This document shows, one piece after another, positions 15,458-27,025 of a DNA stretch of 64,000 nucleotides. The DNA is from Eledone cirrhosa (lineage: Eukaryota). The first letter of the stretch is position 1, and each line of letters starts with the position of its first letter. A program made the translations under genes and the position numbers. The notes beneath the pieces were generated by a model. That model was not told the DNA's origin and ran no database searches. It saw nothing but the letters and a program-made list of their open reading frames with translations. The stretch spans positions 37,696,001-37,760,000 of the forward strand of contig OZ024742.1 of assembly GCA_964016885.1 (NCBI GenBank), given 5' to 3'.

Positions 15458-18400
15458 TAATCTGTTAACACTTTAAAGAAATCACTATACTACAGAAAAA
15501 AAGTGAGATAAGTTTTATAATATATTACTATACCTTAAATGCACCAAAGATGGGTGACAAATAAATAAAACAGATAAACATATTTTTGGGGAGGGGGAGA
15601 TAAAAAAAAGAAAAGAAAAGTTGAATGCACAATAAATAATTTTCACAAATGCAGATTGCAAAAAGAGCTAAAAAAATAAAATAAAATTCCAAGAAGAACG
15701 CAGAATTTTAGAAGATAAATCCTAGAGAAATTTAGATCACGATAGTGAAAAATGAATTAAAAGAAAAAGAAAGTGGAAACTATCTTTTACCCCCACCTTT
15801 AAATATTGCAAAAGGAAATATATAATAATAACTATAAAAATCAAACAACTAAATATAGAACTGAAAGAAAGAAAGAAAACATGCTTCTAGATGTCACCAA
15901 AAGAATATATATATCAATATACAGGGTGTCCTCCGCAAAATGTATACACACTTCAATAGCATTTTAATCAAAGTGTGTATACATTTTGGTGGGTGGGGGG
16001 ACACCCTGTATATATATATCATCATTTAATGTTTATTTTTTCATGCTTGCATGGGTCAGATGAGCTATCATGTTATTAGACAGGCCAGGTCAGGTGACCA
16101 CGTCTTGCTCGTACGGGTCTGTATTTTAGTTTGGTTTCTTTGGCTGTATGCCCTTCCTAACACCAACTGCATTACAGTGTGGACTGGGTGCTTTTTAAAG
16201 TGGCACCGAAGTAACCACTTTACAGGGTGAATTGGAATGCATTTGAAAAAAGAGAAAAATTGCAGAACTTTCAATTGATGAAATGTTTTGCATTTGTTCA
16301 GAAAAGAGATTATAGTAAAAGCTATCATCATCAACAACTAAAGGAGTATAGATTTAACATGTTTTTATAGCTAGTATAGACTGTACAAGTTGCAGTACAG
16401 TATATTGCCAATCATTTTGATGTTGTGGAATCCCACCTGTGAGACTCTCTCCTGTTTTCTTTGGCATCCCAATACCACATGTAAAAATCTTTATCTGTCA
16501 TATAATTAATTGAATCTAAACCATCTGCTTATATGCAATACTCAAAGCACTGATACTTTGTAGAAATCCAGGTTGGATTTGAGCATCACCCTGTGATGGC
16601 ACCTGAAGTGCTATGAGAACATAACACATGTGAAGCTAGTTGTGCATACACACATACATGTATACATGTACATATATGTATGCAGCTGTCAATTTGTAGA
16701 ACAGAATGGTTATAGACTGTGTATTTGTTATTGTCTTCAATATATAGAACTCCACCCTTCTGGCTCATCATATGTTATTTTGCTGTACATACACACAGAG
16801 CCTGAAAAAATTCTTTTGTCTGGACAATCATGTGTCAATCTCTCTAGTGTTGGTGCCATGATAAAACACACCTAGCCCACTCTGTAAAGGGGCAGTGCTC
16901 CTGCCATGATAAAAATAAAATAAAAACGGCCACTACTCTTTCTTGTAATATGGTAGTGCTGGTGCCACTATAAATTCCATCTATCCACAGAAACCATGCT
17001 GAATATGGAATGCTCTGACCCACCTGGTCTCAAACCAGGACAGCCTATCCAACCCATGTTAGCATGGAAAGAAGATATAAAAACGATGATGATGATCCAA
17101 TGTATTTTTGTTTACTGGTACTTGAGTTTTGTGGAGTCAACCACTAATTCTTGAGTATCAGTCGACCAAGATGCAGAGGACCTATAATAAATACAACTCT
17201 GTTTCATGTAAAGTCACACCATCAGAATTTGGTTGTTATTTTTATACCTATAAATCTAGAACCCAACATTAACATACACACACATACAAATATACACGTA
17301 TGCATGAGTGTAAAAACAAATATTTTGTATATTATCATGTTTTTCACTAATTATGAAAATTGAAGCAATATATTTCATGCAGATTATTATTATTATTACT
17401 ATAGCTGGCATTATTACCAATGTTTTTAATTAAATTACATGCTATAATTTATAATATTATGTATAAATATTTTTCTTAGATATTTTTAAAAATTAAATTA
17501 ATTCAAACAATGAAAGGTAACAAATCTCACATTAATCCAAATTTACATAGACATTGCTTGTATTAATTTTCAGCCTTCACACAATTATTAGATAAACAAA
17601 ACAGAAAACAATTTGCTTGCTAAATTTAGTCAAAATCATGCATCCCACACCAAAAAAACAACAACCTCCAATCTGACACCCAGAACCTGTTGTTGTTATA
17701 GCTCACACCCATGTAGGTTTAGCTGACCTCCTATGAGGTTGCATATCATAGGAAGTTTCTCAGGTTCAGGTGTTTTAAATGATAGGAGCTCCAGTCTTAT
17801 CACGAAAGACAACCCCTTGAACTGGACATCAGTCCACTGCAGTGGTTAGCCCCCCACTGTTTATAACTATCTAAAAACCTTCCATCATAATTTTATGTAA
17901 GAACCTTTGTTAAGTTATGCTCCAAACACCAGCTAAATAATGAGTAAGTTAGATATAATACAAATCCCCTTCAAATTGTTGATTATTTACAAAATTAGTG
18001 TCTTTCCTTAGAAATAGGGTAATGAAAATTTTAAACAACACAAAATAAATTCAGTGAAGCAATTCTTTGAAATTTTAAAAACATGGTTTATAGATAAAAA
18101 TAAATATTTTCGCTCAGTATTAATTCTGTCTCAGAAGAAACTCGCATTAATCTTTTCCTCTTCTAATAGCTACAAACTTTTAAAATTTTATTTTCAAACC
18201 CTAACTAGGTATGAAATAGTGAAAAGAAATAAATTATCTTTATTCCATAAAAGGAAAGAGAAACTTGTTAAAAATATTTTGATATGTGAGAGTAAACAGG
18301 AACACATTTCCTGCAACAGTCGAATGCATAGATAGACACAAGCATGCTTAGCTTGAAATACAATCTATATTTGGGATAGCAGCACAGAAATTCCTAATAT

Positions 18401-21400
18401 GGAGCATCTAGATCAGTTTCTACTAAAATCTGTTCATTGATAAAGTACTCGACTTCTTATTTCCATGAATATATCCCAGTGAAAACTGAGATGTTTCTAT
18501 TTAATAGGTTTCTGATATTTTGGCTTCATCTACAATTTAAACAGTCACTAATCAACAGTTACCTAATATAGATGATCAACATATAGTTCTCTTCATATTA
18601 TTTTCCTTCCAGCAAGTAAGTTATCATCAACAATTACCTTTTTCATCTCTATCATCAATACTTATTACCTTTACTTTGTTCATCTTTCTCTTAAGCATTT
18701 TACAGTTTAGCTTAGAGGAACCTTTTTTTGTTATAACTTTCTAACTTATATATTTAGCAAGCTATTCTCAAGTTTCACTCCTGACTGAGCTAAAAGCCTC
18801 CCCACTGTTTACTTTGCAGTTCTTGCTTACTAACCTCAATAATAATACCATTGATGCCAGTAGTTAGGTATTACTTGTCACCCCCAGTGCCAAACACACA
18901 CAATTTGAGAACTATATTAGTTTTACACACTCACATATTAAAAGAAAACTTTAATAATTACTTTAAAACTTCAATAATTACTTAAAAAAAAATAGATTAT
19001 AAATACTAATAAATAAAAGGCAGGAACTCAGAAAAAATAAATGTTTAAATAAATGAATAAATAATATTATTTGGCCTACTTTCCTCTCTTCTCCCCCATA
19101 TATGTATGAAACTCTTCTGCACTCCAGTATAAATTAAATTTCATTTTGTTGAATGTTGAAGAGAGTGTTTAGAAAACTAACAATGTAGTAAACATGCTTC
19201 CTCAAAATTGAATCACCACCAACATCATTTTAGGTATATTTTCCATAAAGGCATGGGGTAAATGGGTTTTTACATATCAAGTCAAAACTTAATCTGACCT
19301 ATTGTCCTCCTAGATAGACTGGGGGATCATGTCCAATACATTCTATTTTTAGCAAGGTTTCTATGACTGGGTGCCATTCCTAATGCCAATCACTTTACAA
19401 AGTGTACTGGGTGTATTTTATTGTGGTATTGCAGTAGGGAGGTTGTCATGTTCTTGACACAATTGAAAAGTCCTCTAAATACTTTTTAGCATGGTTTCTA
19501 CAGTTAGATGTCTTTCATAAAATGTCATTCCATTTATAGTATGTTCTTGACATGATTTTAGAGCTCTATAGTTTACTTATGTCTATGGAAATAATTTCTT
19601 GCTCATTACATAATATTAATTTACTAATTCAAGTAAATCCTAATAAAGTATTATCAACACAGTCCCCTCCACCCGGATGGCTTCTTTTAACACGATAAGG
19701 AAAAGTAAGGAGTCGATCATAAGATCAGACAAAAGAAACAATGTTTCTATTGGTCTTTCCACCGCTGATATAATCTGCTGGTTAGAACACCTGGCAGAAA
19801 AAGGCAGAATGCAGAGAACCAGATCAAATACTGCAAAGTATTTCCTCTGACCTTTTAACAATCCTGCCAAACCACCACCCCTGGACCTATACTTTAAAAA
19901 ATTAAAAACATTTTTTTTTTATTGATGCCGAAACGAATTTGAACTCAGATTGTAGTGAGCTGGAACAAATACCAAAGCTTTGAATCCAATACCTTAACAA
20001 CTCTACCAATTTGCTGATGCCATAATGACCTGACCAAATGTCTAATTGAATTACAGAAATTGAATTTGTCTTACATTTTTACTGGCACTGTTAAATCAAA
20101 TATCATCAATGAACTGGATATGTAGATAATTTTGTAAATTGTAACATTTTAAAAGCAAAAGCTCAAGGGTAAAGTTAGCTCAAATTGATTAAATGACAGA
20201 GTTTGCCAATTAAGAGATAGAAATAACTGACAGAATATAAAATTAAACCTAAGTCACTGAAAACAGTGATGTAAACAAAAAACTAAGAAAGGTAGGGACA
20301 TTAATGTTTTCACATCAATTATAATACTGTACAACAAATGAATGGCTTATGGCTTGTTAATTAATAAGATAACTTTCCTTTTAGTTTTCCTACTGTAATT
20401 CTAAGTAATCAATAAATTTGTAATTAAAAAAATAGACTTGGTGCTTTAACATAAATTATTTGCAAGATAAATAAACATTTTTTGTCTTATATTTAATAAA
20501 TAAATAAATTAAATTTGCTGCTAATTATAGCAAGGTTTAACAATTATGTTTTAGTGCTGATGCCATGATAAAATTCACCCAGTACATTCTGTAAAGAGTT
20601 AGTACCAGCACTGCGCTAAAATGCACACAGTACACTCTAAAGTGAAGGTGTTGTTGCCACAACAAAATGCACCTAGTACAATCTGTTAGTGGAAGTGCCA
20701 ATGTTGTGATAAAATGCACCTAATACACTAAATAAAGTGGAGGTGCCAGTGCCACAATAAAATGCATGTAGTGCTCACTGTAAAGTGGTTGGCCTTAGGA
20801 AGGGCATCAAACTGTAGAAATCATGCCAATGATGGAATGAATGAGTAAGATATGATCTCCCTACTCTGTTTAGTCTCATTCAATCCATGCCAGCATAGAA
20901 AACAAATGCAAAATGATGCTTATGATGATGATTTTAATAAATAACTAAATTATATTTAGTTAATTGCTTTTCATTTGAAATACTATATGAAATGCTGCAC
21001 CAAGCTGTGATATAATAAGGAAGGCTCTTAACATTTTGCTAACCTGAACATTTGTTCAGAGTTATAAGAATGAAAGGATTCATTAAGAATACATTGGTAA
21101 GATTTGAACAAAATATAAAATGAAAAATAACCCCCAAAACTTTTTTTTTCTACATTCCCATTTAATAAAAGATTGGTTGCTTAGAAGAGTGTGTTTTTTT
21201 ATTATTTGACTAACTAACTGAAAAAAGTTTTATGTAACAATGAGTTAAGTATTATGTCAATCAGTTGAAATCATGCAATATAAAACTTTAACAAAGAACA
21301 TAAAATGCCTTCACTATCTAAGTAAAAATTGTCTAGTGTAAAAAAGAAATCTTGTACACATAGAACTGTTTTTTTTTCTTCTAATAAAAATAAAAGACAT

Positions 21401-24048
21401 TTCCAAGAAAATGTAAAAAGGAACAAATAATTAGGAAGGATGTAAAGAAGTAAACTGAGGCATGCTCGGTTATCATCAGCAAACTAGATGGCACTGCCAG
21501 TATGGCCACATGATGCAGTTAGGCAAACCAAGGGCAGGCAGAGGCATGATTTGAGGCTTTTTCACCTAAATTGGGTGCTGAACAGCTTCTTTTACCCGTT
21601 TTCATACGCAATAAAGTTTTGCCCAGGGTTGGGAATACTCTTAACTTTCCCTTTTCTTCATCTTTATGACGATCTTTAGGTAACGTACCATATCCATATG
21701 GGGCATCTTTTTTCTTCGTTATTGGTGGCGTCTGTATAAAGAATAAAAATATATGTGAAAGAACAAAATTATATTTATATGTAACTGAAATTAAGAAGGT
21801 AAAGATATGAAATACATCAGAATTCTGTTTTCTTTTCATGAGACACAAGGTCCAATTTTGTAACAGACTAATTAGTAATCAGATCAAGTGGATTCAAGCC
21901 AAATTTGAACTTTGGAAATGGAGGTCACACACAAAACTTCACAAAATATCTAATTGGATTTCTACCATTTCAGAAAATTCTATCATCTTTATTAATACGA
22001 TAAACACCCAGAATACCACACTGCACACTCATTTGATAAACCACTGCATGTCATAATGTACAATGTGGCTCTCAACTAGATTGAGACATGGTATATCTAG
22101 AATAAAGGTTGGAAACATTTTCAATCTGAAGAGCTATTGTTACAAAAAAAAAGAAATAATAATTCAGACTATCAAAGCTGCATAATTTATTATAATCATA
22201 AATACATACAAGAAAACATGAATTTAGTAAACTTTTTTCTTACTCAATGCAACTTTTAGTTTTGAATCTTATGTGAAACTGCTTCAGTGTTCAGATCGTA
22301 ATAATAATAATATTGTTGATAAATAAAAAATTTCAAAGCACCTAAGAATCACAGATCTCTGATCTAGAGAAATGGTGCTGTAGATCACAATTGTTCATTT
22401 GATAACCAACATGATATTAGTCTACTCAATCAGCAACATAACTACTAATACTTCTAAACTTGAATCAAGCAAATGCTTTCTTTTTACAGAATTCATATAT
22501 GGAATAAATGTTAAAAATTCAGAAAAAATAACAACAAAAAACAAAAACAACATTGCCAAGCTCTGAAAAAAATGACATAGCCACAAATTATTTCAAGTTA
22601 TATTTGCCATATAAATTAATTTAAAACCACATATCAAAAGCTACCATGATTTATTATGCTCTGAAAAATCTAAAAGACCTATAGCTAAATGCTAAAAAAT
22701 ATGAAAATCCAATTGCTTTACTTAATATGTTTGGTTTAATTTAATTATTTTTTTTTTTGTGAATTTATTGACTTTTTGAAAGGAAGAAAAAAGAAAGGTT
22801 TTTTTTTGTCCAAACATAAAGGTTGGACACATCCATACACACCAACCGATAAAGCCATTATGCTATCAGTACTAATCTAACCTAATGTAAAATATTGTAA
22901 AATAAAACTTGGTCAGGTTAGGCTTCTACCTGCTACTAGTACCATGTAGCCCAGTACAACTTGCTTCATGGTCGAGTGGTCATCGACTAAACTGCTCCAA
23001 CCCCACCACACCCTGGCCTGGTAGGGGGGGGGGGGAGTAAATGGAACCCCAGCAACACAAAAAAACAACAAAACAAGAGCTGTTAAAAGTCAATGGCCAT
23101 CCACCCCAAATATATATTAAATAGCCTCACCAACCTGCAATTGGCCAAGCGTGGTGAGTATGGCTATACCTCTGACATGACCAAAACTAAACAGAAAGCT
23201 GTGGAAGTGAATCAGGGAAGGGTTCCTTCAACTGGAGTGAGAAGGCTCTTGTTTGGATTGGATTGGAATGTAAAATATGAGAAAGCAACAATACCTAACC
23301 CATTTGTTACCATAGAAGAATAAAAAGAATATAAAATCAATAACAATAATACGATCAAAGCCACTTACATGCAAGAGATAATATTGCTATATATGAAAAG
23401 GGAAGAACTTACAAATAAAATAAAAGCTTACAATTCAATTAAAAGAAGATAAAACCAATTATTTACAATATTTAGGGGAATAAAGAATCATGCAAATTGT
23501 ATTTAAAGGTGAACAAATTGAAAACGTACATAGAATATTACTTAATGTTTAATCTTCATTCATATATTTACAGTAGCAAAGAATTGTTTTATTCTTTTAG
23601 AAGTTTCTGTCATTAAAGAGCACCAATGGAAGGATTTAGTTGATCATATCAACACCAGTACATATTTTTCAAGATGTTTTCTTATTTTATCAATCCCTTC
23701 TTTGCAAATCACTAAGTTTCAGGAAATAAACAAACTTTAAATATAAACATATACACACAAAATATAAACACACACATACATATACACACACACACAGACA
23801 AATGTATGACAGGAAGGGCATCCAGCTGCAGATAACCTGCCAAACAAAGGGTCAGGAGAGCTCTTTTACTGTGTTGAAAACATGACAACTGCCCAAGTGC
23901 TCATGCCATTATAATATGTACACAGTAGAGTGCAGAAACTTATGTAAGTGACCCATTTGAGAAGTCAGTAGCTCCACTTGAGTACTGACTTGCTCAGTGA
24001 AGATCAAGCAAACCCTTGCTAGGAGAAAAGATGGGTGTTAAATGATGA

Positions 24049-24113
<65 letters not shown>

Positions 24114-26936
24114 ACAGGCTATGAAACAGTTTCTGTTTACCAAATTTGACTTACAAGGCATTGCTCAACCCTAGACTATATAAAAAAAAAACACTTGCAA
24201 GATACTAAGCAGTAGGACTGAACACAGAACTACATGGTTGCAAAGCAAACTTCTTAACCACACAGCCAGTCCTGTGCTTATGTTCTGAATAAAAATGAAA
24301 CGAGATTGTTGTGCCAAATGTTGAGGAACGATGAATGATTTAGCAAAAAATATCTAAAAATGGGTTTGTTAATTTAAATGTTTTTATAGTATTGTAGTAA
24401 GACGCTTTACGCCCCCCTGTCGGATAATGGACCAGGCCTAGTTGTCTCCCCCTGGTTGAGAACACTATTTAAGTAAGCAGCAGTATTACTTTCTCAGACA
24501 AGCCACGGAGACAGCAAACAGCAGACGGCCTTTGTACCACGAAACAGCAGACAGCCTTTGGACCACGAGATCACACAGATGTCAATACACTGAACTCCTA
24601 TGCCGAAGCCACAAGGATAGTGTTGGCCGAGCACTGGCTCATAACTGATTTCACTTTACTGGTCCCGTCACATTGGTGACCCACGACAATTGTAATACGT
24701 TGCCTTCATTTCAACTGATCACGTCTATATTGATATGTTGTTTCATTTGTAATATAACAAACACATAATAGACAAAATAAACATCATCCTTATTTACATT
24801 GTTGAATAGAACTCTAGTTGTGGTTATTATCTTGTCTACACACACACCCACTCACTTGTTATAATTCTATGGAGTACCCATCCTCTCACTTACAAAAATG
24901 GTAAATAGACGAGGGACTTTCCCTCACGTCTATATTGATAAACTATCCAACAAGGATTCTTCATTACCATAGTATCTTTACTAATAGACACATTGTTGGG
25001 AAAATTTGAGTAATGACTTTAATAAAATGAATAAGAAAGAACATTAAAATGTCAAACTACTTATTGAGTTACACATCTTGTTTCAATCATCATCATCATC
25101 ATCATCATCGTTTAACGTCCATGTTCCACGCTTGCATGGGTTTGGATGGGAGTTTTCCCACTTGAGGCAAGAGTGGTTGTCTTGCTCGCATAGGACTGTC
25201 TGGCGGGTTTTCTACAGCTGGATGCCCTTCCTAACACCAACCACATTTACAGTGTGGGGCTGGGAGGTTTTTACCGTGTTGCCCTGTTTTTTGTCGTGAC
25301 ACCTACACGATCTCATTTGTTTCGGCCTGGATGTTGTGGCACCAACATAACTTTACATTGAAAGGGGCGGTGTGGTGGGACGGGGGTGTATTTTGTTAGA
25401 GATGCCTACTGGCTGTAGTAGGTTTTACTTTGTATTTAGGTAAGGCGGGTCTTCTCTATTACTGAGTACCGCCAAAGGTCCAGGTCCAGTGACATTGTCT
25501 TGGAGAGGTGTAAGTGTGTGAGGTCGGAATTTATCAGCTCGTCCCAGGTTTTTCTGGGTCTGCCTACTCCGTGGCTATCATCTATCTTTATTGCCCTGCA
25601 CTTTGTTATACAGCTGTCGTCTTTCATGCGCATCACGTGACCATACCAATGTAGCCTTCTCTCGAGTAAACAACATTTGATCCCTCTTATTTCTAATTTT
25701 TTCCTTAGTTCGTTTATGCTTTGCCATTCACGTATATTACTATTACACATCCAGTGGAGCATGCAAGCTTCATTCCTCTCTAGTCTGCGTATATCCTCTG
25801 CACACAATGCCCAGGTCTCACTGCCATGCAACATTGCTGTTCGTATGCAGGCATCATACAACCTGCCTTTCATTTTTAGGGAGAACCCTTTAGCGGCTAA
25901 TAGTGGTATAAGCTCTCTGAACTTTTTCCATCCAGTTCTGACTCTAGCTACTGTACTTTCAGAGCACCCCCCCCCCCCCACTGCTGATTTTGTCACCCAG
26001 GTAACGGAAGCTGTCCACTATTTCTATAGAACCCTCTGCGCAATTGAAAGAGCTAGTATTTTGTGGGCACTTGCTGCTACTTATTGCACCAGAGCACCGG
26101 CCACATGTAAAATCTGTGTTCTTAGTTAGCTTACCTGTGATCCCACTACATCTTTTATGCACCCATACTTTGCATTTGGGACATAAAATGGAGTTTCTAC
26201 CTACGCCTTTCCTACACACTGAGCATGGCCATTTCCCGGAAGGGACCGGCGCCTTATTTTCTTTCCTACAAATTAGAACTTTAGTCTTAGCCAGGTTAAT
26301 TTTAAGGCCTTTTGATTCTAGGCCGTGCTTCCATGTTTCCATGTTTTGGAATTTCTTCTCTAGCTCGGCCATTGATTCAGCTATGAGCGTTAGATCATCT
26401 GCGTATAGGAGTTCCCAAGGGCAGCCGGTCTTGAACTCCTCTGTTATAGCCTGAAGGGCAATAATAAATAGTTGTTTCAATGTATAATAAATGTGCATGC
26501 TTAGTCAATTTGGCTGAAAAAATAGCAACGGTTAACGTTTATTGTTTGAAACCTGTTTAGCAATTCAACATAAAGTTTTTTGTTGTGACAGTCAAACATG
26601 GAGTTCCCCTTCAGTTTTATTATTAGTCAGGTAACATACATTCCTTAGTTTAGTAACAAAAATAGAAAAAGAAAAAAAAATCTAAATAATGAAAGAAGGG
26701 GAAGGAGCAGAAGATTTTACACTTCAGTATAGGCAGTATATCTCAGCTGTGGCCTGCTGACTAACTGGTGAAGGCACTGCTGTGTAAAACAACCAGCAAC
26801 ACCCGCAGCATCAGTCAAAAACTTATATTGAACATCAAACTATTTTCAAAAACAAACAACCTCAAACTAACAGATATTTTTCAGCAAAATTGACATAAAT
26901 ATTGAATGTATTTTAGTCCAGACCAAAAGACCTTAG

Positions 26937-27025
<89 letters not shown>

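Noticed and set aside
25677-26454. Plus-strand ORFs of 150 and 136 aa, and similar ORFs at 33316-33993 and 41458-42039
   Set aside because: Antisense or off-frame shadows of LINE coding sequence.
26640-26643. 4-nt segment ctaag|GAAT|gtatgt after a long U-tract
   Set aside because: Not frame-preserving, and pairing it with the 35-nt candidate near 22244-22278 gives a stop. It might be a non-coding exon donor, but nothing supports that.
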